The position numbers were made by a program, and so were the translations under genes. The notes under the pieces are model-generated. The model ran no database searches, was not told the DNA's origin, and saw only the letters and a list, made by a program, of their open reading frames with translations. From Leucoraja ocellata (taxonomy: Eukaryota): 64,000 nt of DNA. The stretch is from positions 11,036,001 to 11,100,000 of the forward strand of contig JAWMAR010000034.1 in NCBI GenBank assembly GCA_036785375.1, written 5' to 3'. Of this stretch, positions 1-13,700 are shown piece after piece. How positions within the stretch are numbered: the stretch's first letter is position 1; the number at the start of each line of letters is the position of its first letter.

Positions 1-1811
1 CTCTCCCTCCTAACCCCATTCTCCTGCCTTCTCCCCATAACCTCATGATGGAACAACATAGAAAGGTGTCCTGGTCACTAGAGCTGCTGCCTCACAGTTC
101 CAGCAGCCCAAGTTCAATCCTGACCTCTGGTGCTGTCTGCGTGGAGTTTGCATGGTCTCATCTGACCATGCATGTGTCCACTGTGTCCTCCTGTGTCACC
201 CATACCCCATAAATATGGCAGCGGGTAGGTCAATTGTTCACTGTACCGTACCCCTAGTGACTCGATGAGTGATGGCATCTGGGAATGTGGGAGAATAACA
301 TTGGATGAAATAGGATTGGGATACAGTGGGAGGCTGGTGGTCGGTGTGGACGATGGGCTGAAGGGTGCATTCCCTGCATCTCTCTATCAGCTTTAATCTA
401 ACAGAGCATTAACTAATACTTGGATCATAGACAGAGGCATCTGGCCCAGCCAGTCCATGTCAGTGTTAATGTTCCACACATCTCCTCCAAACCATCAAAT
501 CCAACCCACCCAGACATCTCCTGTTCTACGTCCCCCAGGGGTCAGTTATACCCCCCCCCAGGGGTCAGTTATTCCCCCCCCCCCCAGGGGTCAGCTATAC
601 CCCCCACGGGTCAGTTACCGGTGGAGACTATCACAGGTTGCAGCTGCATTTCTCTGCATCCTTATCCAGCTGCCCCTGATTCTGCTCAAGACCTGAATTA
701 TTTACTGTAGGAGCAAGTTCCACAATCTGGCCCCTGGATAACAAATTGTTCCCAGTTATATGTATCCGTGATTACCATGGGGGGGGGGAGTGAACACCTT
801 CTCCTCGTGCTGTGGCTACACACCAGCAGCATTTATGTTTTGATTCCAGTAGTGGACTATTTATAGTTTGTATCCTGTTTATGTAATAAAAGCAGTGGGG
901 AATGTGTTACAATAGGGGCTGGGGGAGGGGGGGTGTGGGGTGTGTACGGGGGGGGAGTGGGGGAGAGGAAGTTGCATGGAGCAAGTGAATGAGTCCAGCC
1001 GGTCACCAACATTGGAGGCTGCATGCTCAAAGCACAGACATGTGAGTGAAGTGTTTGGGAGAACAAATGAGACCAGATAGAATGAAAACACACCAGTAAG
1101 TAACTACGTAGTCAGCATTGAACTTGAGTTTTAAAAACCTGAAACAGTAACACCAATCCAGTGCCATTGTCCACCTCCATGTCAATGATGCAGGGTCACC
1201 ACCAGACTTGCTGTGTAGGAAGGAACTGCTGTTTACACCAAAGATAGACACAAAAAGCTGGAGTAACTCAGCGGGACAGGCAGCATCTCTGGATAGTGGG
1301 AATGGGTGACGTTTCAGGCCAAGACCCTTATTCAGACTTGCTGTGTTTTGCTAGTTGCCTCATCCCCATACAGCTGGGACTGGTGCTTGCTCTGTGTGTG
1401 ACTATAGGTCAGTCTGAAGAAGGGTCTCAACCTGAAATGTCACCTAGCCACGTTCTCCAGAGGTGCTGCCTGACTGCTGAGTTACTCCAGCACTTAGTGT
1501 CTTGTTTTGTACTAAGCTGCATGTGCAGTTCCACTATTCTCCTCAATATGCCTCAGTCAACTAGATCCTCTGTGGTTGAGTTACATCTGTTGCTGCAGTA
1601 ACACATGGTCTGTAGAAACTGTACAGCCATCTAGTGGTTATTGCAAGGACAGCATTGATAATAATTAAACATTCCAGATGAAGAATTATTACTTTGTTGG
1701 TGAATGAACACGTTATAGGTTCCCGAGCAGATCAGAGTTAATCTTATATCGTGATTCACCAAGTACATACAGAATGTGACCTTAAGGTGTTGATGTCCAG
1801 GGTTAAGTCAG

Positions 1812-2490
1812 CTGGACAGGCAGCATCTCTGGAGGGAAGGAATGGGTGACGTTTTGGGTCGAGACCCTTCTTTAGACTGACGTCAGGGGAGTGGGCGGAA
1901 CAAAGGTAGAATGTAGGCAGAGACAGTAAGACTGGTGGGCAAACTGGGAAGGGGAGGGATGGAGAGAGAGGGAAAGCAAGGGCTTTTTGAAGTTGGAGAA
2001 GTCAATGTTCATACCGCTGGGGTGTAAGCTGCCCAAGCGAAATATGAGTTGCTGTTCCTCCAATTTGAATGTGGCCTCACTCTGACAATGGAGGAGGCCC
2101 AGGACTGAAAGATCAGTGTGGGAATGGGAGGGGAAGTTGAAGAGTTCAGGTGTTCAGCGAATCGATCGCTGAGCCTGTGCTTGCTCTCGCCGATATACAG
2201 GAGTCCACACCTGGAACAGCGGATACAGGAGATGAGGTTGGAGGAGGTGCAAGTGAACTTCTGTCTCACCTGAAAGGACTGTCGGGGTCCTTGGACGGAG
2301 TCAAGAGGGGAGCTATTGGGAGAAGTGTTGCATCTCTTGTGGTTGCAGGGGAAAGTATCTGGGGAGGGAACGGGAAGGAACGAGTTGACCAGGGAGTTGC
2401 GGAGGGAGCGGTCTCTGCGGAAAGCGGAAAGGGGTGGAGATGGGATGATGTGGGATCTACCAGTGGGATCCTGTTGGATATCCAGGATGG
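1812..2490 (-). mobile_element. Penelope-like retroelement 3' fragment with GIY-YIG endonuclease remnant
   Basis: FTCTSSNLISCIRCSRCGLLYIGESKHRLSDRFAEHL and EEQQLIFRLGSLHPSGMN, followed by the shared terminal repeat. Confidence 0.85.
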
Positions 2491-3530
2491 TAGAGGTGCT
2501 GACAGCCAAGTAGGTTGATCTCTTTTGGACTATATCAAATTTTTTGAATGCGTTTGGAAATGCACTTAATCAGACAGTGAAGATGGCCCTCACACAACCC
2601 TGACTTGTTGCTCATGCAGGCTGGGAACAAGGAGTTGCATCACTCATCATATAATAATCACCTTCCGACCCGCTGTTGTAAACATCATATTCATCATTGT
2701 GTTGCCATCAATGTCTGTGTCCAATTTAATTCTTGTAATGTAACAGAGTACATTAAAGGTGGTTTATAAATGGATAAATGGAAGGTTTACGGTTTGATCA
2801 GTAAAATGTTGGTGTGGAATGGAAGAAAACCACAGCTAATAGTCTTTGTTGTCTGACAGGGAGACTGTGCAAGGCTAAATGACATTCAATTCTTTTATGG
2901 GTTAGTATGGAGTGGCGGCTCGGCTCACCGGCAGTCCCGTTTGTTTGTGTTGTTTATTTTGTCTTGGTTAGTCTAGTTTTTGGTTTTTAGTTTGTGTTTT
3001 GAGGGGGGTGGGGGGTAGGGTGGGGGTTGTAACGGGGTTTGCAGTCTCTCCCTGCGGGGGAATACGACCTTTTTGTTGTATTCCCCTTCTCTGCTTCCGT
3101 CTGCGCTGAGGCCTAATGGAGCTGACGACCTCGAGGCTCCGGAGGCAGAGCCCGTCAGGACTCGCCCTGAGCTCGCTCCCATGAGGGTGGTCCGGCTCAG
3201 GGCTGGAAGAGGTTGGGACGCTCCCGTGAGGGCGGCCAGCCCGAGGGTGGAACGAGGCTCCCGTCGGAGCGGCTGAACTCGGGGAGGTGCGGCGCTCGCA
3301 GCCCGAGGGAGAAGAGACGCCCAAGTCGGGGCGGCCCAGCCCGGGATAGAAGCGGCGCCCATGTCGGGGCGGCCCAGCCCGAGGCTGAAGACGGCGCAGT
3401 ACTCACGTGAGGGTGGCTGGGACGGCGTTCTGGCGGTGGTGGCCTGAATCCGGGGTTCAGCCGCGGGCCAGCACATCACAGTGAGGAGATGCTGGGTGGA
3501 CTCACTGTGGTGGATGTTAATATGTGTTTA

Positions 3531-4117
3531 TAGAAACATAGAAATTAGGTGCATAAGTAGAGGCCATTCGGCCCTTCGAGCCTGCACCGCCATTCAATAT
3601 GATCATGGCTGATCATCCAACTCAGTATCCTGTACCTGCCTTCTCTCCATACCCCCTGATCCCCTTAGCCACAAGGGCCACATCTAACTCCCTCTTAAAT
3701 ATAGCCAATGAACTGTGTGGCCTCGACTACCCTCTGCGGCAGAGAGTTCCAGAGATTCACCACTCTCTGTGTGAAAAAAGTTTCCTCATCTCGGTTTTAA
3801 AGGATTTCCCCCTTATCCTTAAACTGTAACCCCTTGTCCTGGACTTCCCCAACATCGGGAACAATCTTCCTGGATCTAGCCTGTCCAACCCCTTAAGAAT
3901 TTTGTAAGTTTCTATAAGATCCCCTCTCAATCTCCTAAATTCTAGAGAGTATAAACCAAGTCTATCCAGTCTTTCTTCATAAGACAGTCCTGACATCCCA
4001 GGAATCAGTCTGGTGAACCGTCTCTGCACTCCCTTTATGGCAATAATGTCCTTCCTCAGATTAGGAGACCAAAACTGTACACAATACTCCAGGTGTGGTC
4101 TCACCAAGACCCTGTAC
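3531..4117 (-). mobile_element. CR1-clade LINE (HER1-like) 3' fragment
   Basis: [15 protein letters not shown]...[23 protein letters not shown]; tail of ttctatgt-type repeats. Confidence 0.92.
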
Positions 4118-4178
4118 ATTTATTGTTGTTTTTATTGTATTATATGTATGACTGCTGCAATTTCATTCAGACTTCGGT

Positions 4179-4315
4179 NNNNNNNNNNNNNNNNNNNNNN
4201 NNNNNNNNNNNNNNNNNNNNNNNNNNNNNNNNNNNNNNNNNNNNNNNNNNNNNNNNNNNNNNNNNNNNNNNNNNNNNNNNNNNNNNNNNNNNNNNNNNNN
4301 NNNNNNNNNNNNNNN
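4179..4315. other. Assembly gap
   Basis: N run. Confidence 1.
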
Positions 4316-6915
4316 GAAAACCAGGAAATGGAGAAAGGAAACAGGTCACCACTAAATGAGTAATATCAATTAGATAGACGCATCCCCAGGATGGAGGTTA
4401 TTGAAGGTTGGAGTGATATTTAATTTTGTAACGGGAACAATGAGTGTTGTAGAGAGATGGAGAGATCAAAACAATGTTGTACATCATCTTCCACAGACCT
4501 GAAACTTTAACTCAGTTTTCCTCTATTGATATAGATGTTCACGATATATTGATAAACCTGGTTAGTACCCAGGGTGGGGGGTGGGTGCGATGTGGGGAAT
4601 GAGTGAGTCAGAGAGGAGTCAATAGATGAAGTTAGTACTCCATGGAAGTTATTGTGCATCAGAGAGAGATTTTTGGGAGGAATGAAAGTGTCATGGAGAA
4701 ATCAATAGATTAGATCAGTCCCTGGGGATAAATGTTGCCTGATAGAGAAATATCAATGGAATATTAATTTCCATGCAGGAATTACCAAGGGAAAGACAGG
4801 GATCAATAGGTTTGATTATTTCCAGCTGGGAAAGTTTGAGCCAGTCAGTGATTGAGGCCAATATGTCGATTGTGCAAGGAGCTAAGATTAATGGCTTAAT
4901 GTCCGCTCCAAGCTTTCACAATTTTTCAAAAAGGTTTACCAATGATAATTATAATCAGATTACACTTTTATAATCTATACACCAAAAGGAAAAATGATGT
5001 ACTGACATTAGCAATTATGTATGCAAATTCCCACTATTTGACTATTAAGAATTGCAAAGTGGACTACATCTGAAGCAAATTTTAAAAAGGGCATTTAAAC
5101 TAAATTGAGCTGCAACTGCTCCTCCGATCCCATTGATGGAAAGCAAACAATTACAAATGTTGTAATTTTAAGCACTATCAACCTGAAATAGTATCTGTTT
5201 CTCTCTCCACAGATGCTGAGTGTCTCCAACAGATGGAGCTGCATCAACTTCTGGGATGTGATCGACACTTCAATAGTACTCTGGAGATTCATAAAAATTC
5301 ACATCTTTCTAAAGGCAACACAACAGCCAATGTACACACAGCAAGGTTACACAGACAGAATGATCACAGTTAAATAGTTGCCTCGAAATTCAGCTCCCAA
5401 ATAAACGCACCATTGCCACCTCGGTTCCCCCAACTGCTGAGAGGTTTGCTACCATATAACCCATCAAATAACTGGTATTACTCTTGAAGCAGTCTTGTTT
5501 TATTGACGTTAGTTCAGAGCTAAAGATTGGCCAAGAACCACAGAACAAATCTTCCTGCTGTTCACCTGAGAGTTTAATATCTCATTGAAAAGGCTGCAAT
5601 ACCTCAATGAAGAAGGGTCTCGACCCAAAACGTCACCCATTCCTTCTCCCCAGAGATGCTGCCTGTCCCGCTGAGTTACTCCAGCTTTTTGTGTCTATCT
5701 TCGGTTTAAACTAGCATCTGTAGTTCCTTCCTACACAAACCTCAAGACTCCCGGAGTACTGCAAGTAGGGCATCAAATTAGATCATCTCTGAATTCAGAT
5801 TTGAACCACTTTGGACTTAATTGTATCGGGACAAATAATGTTTCTTAACAGGGAGTTTTATTATGTTAATATGTATTTCTATCCGACCAGAATTCAAACA
5901 TGAGTGAACAAATGTAGTGATGTGTTTTTATTTCTTCATGTTAAGGGGCGTCACTTTTAGGAATTTATTAGTAGACTAATCAATCACTTGGGTTGTCAGG
6001 GAAACCACATCATAGCTGCCTGGTACCAGGCCTGATAGATTTCAGCAGCAATTCCCAGGAGCGATATCAAACGTTCAACACCATTCCATATAAAGAGATA
6101 CAAAGACAAGCCCAAAAGCAGAGTCAAAGAGGAGGGAAGATGGAGCTATGAGGGCAACTGTTTCAGGCTTACGGTGTTAAGGACATGGTTGCTAAGGCAA
6201 GGTGAGGACAATTGGGATCATGTCCACTATTCCAAGTGTAGCTGCACACAACTATATGCAGTGGGTCAGTGGAAGAACGCCAACAGGGCCATGAATTATT
6301 GACAGCCTCTCCATGATGTGAAGGTCCCGCACGTCCCTGTGTAAGTGCTTCTTAATCGATTTGCTACACTCTAGCAAAAAGCCACCGATTATTAAGGATT
6401 TTAAATTATGAAGATGTACAAAAACAATGGATGCCTTTGACTGTGTTTTCCCATTTCACCACAGTTAGTCCTGTAACATCAAGCTCTCCCAGAACAAGAA
6501 GGGTCCACATACAAACACAGTTACCACAGGTTTAGTTTCACTGGCAGTTGCTCAAAGATGCAAAAACAGGGACGGGTGAAAGTGTCGGTGAAAATACAAG
6601 ATGCAATTCAGTTGCTCTGTGTCCATCAGTTGGGCATGTCCATCCCTTTAGTGCAGGTTTCAGCACTGGCTGGAATTCATGTTTTATTCCCTCCTACAAA
6701 CCCTGTCAAAGCACACAATCACTCTCTCCCACCCTGGAGAAGGTAGCAATTCAGGAAAAAACAATCAGTACATTTCTGAATTACAGCCTTCTGCGACACT
6801 GGTAGTTCTACTGGAGAAAGGTTCTTGATGAGGGTGAAGACATTTTGTCATGTCAGCCTGAGCAAAGGCAAGCAAATGTGTGTGTGTCTCTCTCTATCTA
6901 TCTGTCTGTGTCTCT

Positions 6916-7164
6916 NNNNNNNNNNNNNNNNNNNNNNNNNNNNNNNNNNNNNNNNNNNNNNNNNNNNNNNNNNNNNNNNNNNNNNNNNNNNNNNNNNNNN
7001 NNNNNNNNNNNNNNNNNNNNNNNNNNNNNNNNNNNNNNNNNNNNNNNNNNNNNNNNNNNNNNNNNNNNNNNNNNNNNNNNNNNNNNNNNNNNNNNNNNNN
7101 NNNNNNNNNNNNNNNNNNNNNNNNNNNNNNNNNNNNNNNNNNNNNNNNNNNNNNNNNNNNNNNN
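6916..7164. other. Assembly gap within a TG/TC microsatellite
   Basis: N run flanked by simple repeats. Confidence 1.
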
Positions 7165-7630
7165 TCAGTGTCAGTGTGTGTGTCTGTGTGTCAGAGTGTG
7201 TGTCAGTGTGTGTGTGTGTGCGTGTGTCAGTGTGTGTGTCAATGTGCACAAAACAATTTAAATAGCTGAGATGATTCACAGCAACAATCTCTCAGATTGA
7301 TATATGCATGGATCACCATAATCTAAATATTGTAAATGTAAATAGTCCAAGAAATTAAGTGGAAATCCGACAATTTAATGAAGACATTGCAATCAGTATA
7401 GAGAAGGCGATTCAGATATTCTCGCATTATATTAAACCCTTTAATGTTTTTCTTTGCCAGAAGGTTGAGAGATGTGGTTTGCCTTCAGTATCCACTGTGA
7501 TTCAGACCGCCTAGTCCACCCACCTATCTACTCGCCCCTCTCTCCACTACACCCTCCCCTGCACCATCCTTTTTGTTTTTCCCCTCTCACCAGAAAGCTT
7601 ACAAGATGCAATGAATGGTTTGCAACTTAC

Positions 7631-7709
7631 CCCAGCCGCCGGACAGCAACACGAGCCCGACCAGGGCAAAACGGAGCAGTGGGAGAACAGGTCTGGCTTT
7701 AACTTTCAT
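7631..7709 (-). CDS. SCN2B: Signal-peptide first coding exon of an Ig-family membrane protein, probably sodium channel beta-2 subunit; remaining exons not found in the window
   Basis: ATG at 7709 reads MKVKARPVLPLLRFALVGLVLLSGGW+G, ending in phase 1 at a gtaagt donor. It resembles the SCN2B leader (FSLTGLSLFFSL). It lies downstream of a JAML-like gene on the same strand, as in the human SCN2B-JAML order. The name rests mainly on synteny. Confidence 0.6.
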
Positions 7710-8304
7710 CCTGAATTTCCCAAAGATGGAGACAATGATGATGGAGGCAAGGCGAGGCGAGGCGGGGGACGGAACTCTCGGCGCTGGGCTGTTTTAATGC
7801 CGACTGTTCAATATGGCTGGGTGTGTGTTTGCAGGGAGGGGAAGGGGTTTATTCTGGGCTGTGGAGGAGGTGAGAACGGTTCTCTGTTACTGAGCCGGGC
7901 TCGCTGTCATTAGCGGCCACGCTGTCACCGGCAGCTACAATTGTTCATTCTCAAACACATTTCATCTCTATATTTGGATTTATGAGCGGGGGGGGGACTA
8001 GGAAATCCACCATTTTAACTGTAATAGCATCGATACATCAGAAGATCAATGAACGCACGGGAGAGAGGAGGGAGGGGTTTTACTGAGACCATTCAATATT
8101 AGGGTGCGGCTGGAGGGATTCTTTCTGTCATAGTCAATATATTAAACAATAAAAAATATACAATATAATTAGTTCTTTCCCATTGAGAATTTGTTTGTAG
8201 ATGTTCATTTTTAACCCTTAATCTCGGCTAATTGATAAAACGGGTCCTTCTCGCCCCGTGATCCAGTTCCATATTTGCAGTCTCTTGCCTTTTGCATTCC
8301 CCTC

Positions 8305-8580
8305 TCCTCTCCTGTCCATCCATCCATCCTCCCTCCCCTCCACTCTTCCCCTTCCCTCTTCCCTTCTCTCTTCCCCCTCTCCCCTTCTCTCTTCCCCTCT
8401 CCTGTCCACCCACCCATCCATCCTCCCCTCCACTCTTCCCCTCTCCCTCTTCCCTTCTCTCTTCCCCCTCTCCCCTTCTCTCTTCCCCCTCCTGTCCACC
8501 CATCCATCCTCCCTCCCTCCCCTCCACTCTTCCCCTTCTCTCTTCCCCTCTCCTGTCCACCCATCCATCCTCCCTCCCCT
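8305..8580 (+). repeat. Polypyrimidine minisatellite
   Basis: Repeated cctgtccacccatccatcctccc...cttctctcttcccc units. Confidence 0.9.
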
Positions 8581-8844
8581 GGTTCTAGTTGATGACTGCA
8601 AACACCTCACCAGTGGTTACCCCACACAGGTGAGAGTGAGTAGAGTAGTGATTACATTTTGAAGTGGGCCTTTTTGACAAAGTTGAGGAGATCTAGTTGC
8701 TCAACCTCTTTTGATTGGGAGCAGCGCGTGTGTTGGGTGGCAACATATTCCATTCCCTTATCGTCCTTGGGGAAAGGGAATATTGGTAGCAAGGTTTATT
8801 GACATTTAGCGAGTTGATGATGTAGGGGCCATTATTTAGTCTTG

Positions 8845-10395
8845 TTTCATGGCAGATGGTGCTCCGGGATGACGGGAGATTTGATGGTGTGATTTTGTGA
8901 ATCTCCTTTTAAATTGTATTGTCTCAGCCTGATTCTGCGGAGATCTAGGGTGTCCCATCCGAGAGAGGTCAGCATATTATTCACGCTTGATTTGCGCTTG
9001 TAGTCATTACATACAAAGCGGGCTGCTCGGCGTTGTAGTTTCTCCAGGGTGATCTTGTTGTTGTTGGTGAAGGGAACCCAACGGCTCCACAATAATCCAA
9101 TTTGGACCTGACCAAGGACTTGTAGGCATTCTCTTTGACGGATGTACTACATGCCTGAAAATTTCTTTTGAGTTGGCCGAGAGTTCTATTTGCTCTGTTA
9201 GACACTTTCCCCACACAGAGAGCATCCGGATCCTTCTGCAAGGACAAGCTGTCTTCTGGTTTAATCTCTCTGTAAATTATGGCATCATCTGCAAAGAGTC
9301 GAACTCTGGATGAAACTGCATTTGGAATGTCATTGATATCCAGTAGGAAGAGCAATGGACCCGTGACAGTCCCATGGTACACCTGATGTCACAGAAGTTT
9401 CAATAGACGTCACTCCCTCCAAGAGAACTCGCTGGTGTCTCCTTGTCAAAAAGATCTCAATCCATTTTAAGAGGTTGCCGTCTATTCCTACATGGTTGAG
9501 CTTGTACAGGAGCCGCTTATAGGGAACCTTATCAAGATCCTTACTGAAGTCTAATATAACCTTGTTATCGAGTGACCTGGCTAGATCATTGATGAGTCCC
9601 ACCAGTTGGGTTTCACATGTCGACCCTGTCTAAAGCAATGTTGGTTGTCGTTAGTTCCTTGTGGAAGTCAATATGGTCCATAATATGTCGATGGATTATA
9701 TGTTGGAGAATCTTGCTTGGTGTGGCGGTCAGTGAAACTGGGCGATAATTTGCAGGATTTATCCTATCTCCTTTTATAGATGGGGACAATGTTAGCATTC
9801 AGCCAATCTTCCGGGAGTTCTCCAGAAACCAGACTTCTGAAAAATCTTTTGGAAGACTGGAGCTAAGCTTGCTGAACAATTCTTTAAAACTGGCTGGTAT
9901 CTGGTCTGGCCCTGATGCCTTCTGTATCTGGTCTGGCCCTGATGCCTTCTTTGGTTGTATTCCTTCCAATAATTTCTGCATCCCACTACTGTTACCTTAA
10001 GATCTGCAATTTTTGGAGTTTGTTGTGAGTTCAATGACGGGAATTCATCTAGGTTTTCTTCAGTAAAAAACAAACAAAACTGCTGGTTTAATACTTTGTC
10101 CTTGTCCGCCCCATTGATGTAAGGCTTGAGACTCCCAATACTTCCTGGCTCATTTTCTTGATGTAATTCCAGAAAGGCTTCTGATTTTAAACTTTCCCCA
10201 TCACATCTTGATGCGCTTTCCTGACTTGTCTGTCAATTAAACGCTGACATTTCATGCGGAAGTTGACCCAGATTTTCTTGCTCCGTTATAAAGCCGTTGT
10301 TTTTACCTAATTGCACACCTAATTGATGAATTTACCCATGGTAAATTATATCTGTTGGAACACCATTTTGACGGAATAAAACGGTCCATGGTCCG
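8845..10395 (-). mobile_element. Degenerate LINE reverse transcriptase of a divergent CR1-group family
   Basis: Frameshifted pieces KASGPDQIP, NYRPVSLT, LDFSKDLDKVP, VTSGVP, RLFADDAIIY and LEKLQRRAARFV. Confidence 0.85.
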
Positions 10396-10397
10396 AT

Positions 10398-10720
10398 CTT
10401 CCCCCTCTCCTGTCCACCCATCCTCCCTCCCTCCTCTCTTCCCCCTCTCCCCGTCCACCCATCCTCCCTCCCTCCTCTCTTCCCCCTCTCCCCTTCCCTC
10501 TCTCCGTCCACCCATCCTCCCTCCCTCCTCTCTTCCCCCTCTCCCCGTCCACCCATCCTCCCTCCCTCCTCTCTTCCCCCTCTCCCCTTCCCTCTCTCCG
10601 TCCACCCATCCTCCCTCCCTCCTCTCTTCCCCCTCTCCCCGTCCACCCATCCTCCCTCCCTCCTCTCTTCCCCCTCTCCCCTTCCCACTCTCCGTCCACC
10701 CAGCTCTCCTCTCCCATACC
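10398..10720 (+). repeat. Polypyrimidine minisatellite related to 8305-8580
   Basis: Repeated ccgtccacccatcctccctccctcctctcttccccctctcc units. Confidence 0.9.
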
Positions 10721-13700
10721 CGTCCTCATTCACACTTACCCTATTTATTTTATCAAAACCCCCTATAAACGCCCATTTGTAGCGGCACCTTGTGGCGGGG
10801 TGGAGAGGGCAGAACCCTCCTCATTGGTCAGTGCGGTCACCTGACCGCGGGGTGCGGGTTTTCGCGGGCTTTTGGGGTCTGTCCGCTAGTTAGTCAGCGC
10901 TCCTCCCAACAACAGGAGCTTATTATTGTTAGTGCAGACATAGAAACATAGAAAATAGGTGCAGGAGTAGGCCATTCGGCCCTTTGAGCCTGCACTGCCA
11001 TTCAATATGATCATGGCTGATCATCCAACTCAGTAACTCTCCAACTTCACGGGTTTTTGTTATTCCTTTTTATTAAAAATAAAAAAACCTTTTTGCTCAA
11101 CCTGTCTGGTCTCACCACACATTATTCCGCTTTCTATGCGAGAATGCAAAGCAATTAGTAAAATAATGGATAGCTGCCTCACTCTCCATATTCTATGCGT
11201 AAGTGCTGTGTGGCATCTTGCTGCTCTTTCTCAAATAACCAAGACAAGCACCTTAGTACAGAATCTTCATTTACCTCAGCCAGAAGAGTCTCAACCTGAA
11301 ACGTCACCTATCTATGATCTCCAGAGATGCTGTCTGAACCTGCTGAATTACTCCAGCACTCTGTGTAACACCCAGCATCTGCAACACTTTGTTTCTAACC
11401 TCATTCACTGTCTGTGCTCCATTTATTAAACTTACAATTGTCCATTTTGTGAATATCTACCCATATTTACTTCTTTAGCCAACTATATATATGAATACGT
11501 ATGTCTCTGTTCCATCCAAGGTAGACACATAGTGCTGGAGTAACTCAGCGGGACAGGCAGCATCTGTGGAGAGAAGGAATGGGTGACGTTTCATGTCGAG
11601 ACTTTTCTTCAGACTGGTCCTTCCCTCTGTCTTGACCCTTGACTGACTTCCTTTCCTGTCCATAACTGCTCATGTCCAAATCAGTTTGCATCCCCACCCT
11701 CAGCCAACCTTTTATCCATGTAGTTATTTGTTTCTCAGAGGCAGATTTTGTTGGAAGGCTTTGAAACATTCCGTAGGTGGAAATATTCGGGACATTTTCC
11801 CAGATTTCCTTTATCACAGGAGTCATTCTTTTCTTTAAAAATATCAATTTGTCAAACACATCTTGTCTTTAAATATAAATTAAAAATCCTCCCTCTGCCC
11901 CCACTGCCCTGATCCTCTGTGACCTCCTGCACTGTCACAACAAGAGCCAACACACGGTCAAGAATGTCACCTCATCTTCCACCTGTCGATGTTAACACAG
12001 AACAGTATAGCACAGGAACAGGCCCTTCAGCCCACAACATCTGTACCAAACATGATGAAGGGAGAGACCAACTCCATGTTGCAGCCCTCCAGATTTAACA
12101 CTCAATTCTCAAACTCTAGCTAACATGTCTAAATAAGGACAATTTGCACCTGTCATTCTTGTTTCCATTCCTCTTTATGCATTGCCTGACCCACTGAGTT
12201 ACTGCAGCATTTTGTGTCTACCTGCTGAATATGTTCCTGTACAGCACAACCACAGTAGCCACAAACTACACAGCTGTGGTACTTTGGCCCGTCTGCCCAA
12301 TGTGTTCACCCCACGAGGGAAATCCCACTGGTTCCACGGGCAATTCCCATTTGCCTGCTACCCACACCAACCTGTTCCTCTCCTTCTCTGGTGTGATGAA
12401 CGGCCCCTCATCTGAAACATAAATTCTTTCATTTTTCACTGACCTGCTTAGTTTATTCAGTGTTTCCATTGTCTGTGTTTTTCTTTTCCATCTTACCACA
12501 AACAACTTATTGCTTAGTAACCAGTTACTCACCCACTAGTCTAGTTACTTAGTGCTAAACACTCTCCTCCAAGCCATTTTGAGTCAACCTATCATGGTGT
12601 GTTCTTCACATTTCTCCCATCCATCTCTCTTGCTGAAATCCTACTCACATTCCTACCTGACAATGGGACCCAAAACACCAACTGTTTCTCTTTCCACGGA
12701 TGTTGCCTGATGTTGATTTTCATCAATATTTTCTGCTCCTTCGCCAGTAATAGATCGACATTGGTTGAATGATTGTTTAACTCATTGATTTGATAGTCAT
12801 TTAAATGACTTCTAATGGATTCAATTATCATTAATAATGGATTTGGCCAAGATCAATGTTAGACAATGTTTCTGGATTACCTCCGCTGTTGGATAAGATC
12901 AATAAGATTATTAGCGTCCTTTATCACAATACAATTGATATATTTAATATTGAATAGTGCCCCAACATTTTCCAGTCACCAGCCAGATGTATGTGACCAG
13001 ACCTAAGTAACTTGCCACCATGAGTTCTGCTTTTTTTATTCAGAACCATTTCCTTTTCTACAATTATAATCTTATCCTTCTCTGTAAGATTTCATCTCAC
13101 TTCTGCCATTATTTGCAAAAGAACAACCATGACTGCTGGTTTACAAAGTTTTAACCAAATCAACAATCTGCAAGATGGCATCAGTATCAGTGCAGCAGAG
13201 AAGCAGAGACACGATATCTGATTGCTGTCCAGTGACCTCTTTTGGAAAGTAATCAGAGGAGAGGGTACGAGCTAATAGTATTCAGGCTCAGTGGAGAGCA
13301 CTCTACACCAGTAGCTTGGACATTCACCCCATTCCAGAGATTTCAGAACAGTTCCAGGGCCATTCTGAGGAAGTGCTACACTCAGGCATGCTGTCTGATT
13401 ATAATCCAGATACTACACTCCAGATTTCTATACTTCCAGCTAAACATAACTGATCTCAAGATGCTACTTGTAGGGAGATGGGGTTGTAGGGTCATTTCAT
13501 GGAGCCCCTGCTGCTGGCTTCAAGTTAAGGAAAGTCTTGATTTTAGAATTTTAATTCTTGTTTTTAAATGCTTCTATAGCCTCAAAACTCTTGAATGTTT
13601 TGGTATCTGCAACCTTTACCAGCATCCCGCGCGGCAAGATAATTACAGTCATGCATTTGCAGCCAAGTTATCATTCTCAAATATTATTGCTGTGACTTTC

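Noticed and set aside
1100-1180. SCN2B exon 2 candidate (MEVDNG... on the minus strand)
   Set aside because: No Ig cysteine/tryptophan pattern and an early stop; the true exon 2 probably lies before position 1.
8211-8240. piggyBac terminus (TTAACCCTT)
   Set aside because: No matching opposite terminus found.
10833-10848. Estrogen response element
   Set aside because: GCGGTCA-cc-TGACCGC has a 2-nt spacer rather than the 3-nt ERE spacer, and there is no supporting context.
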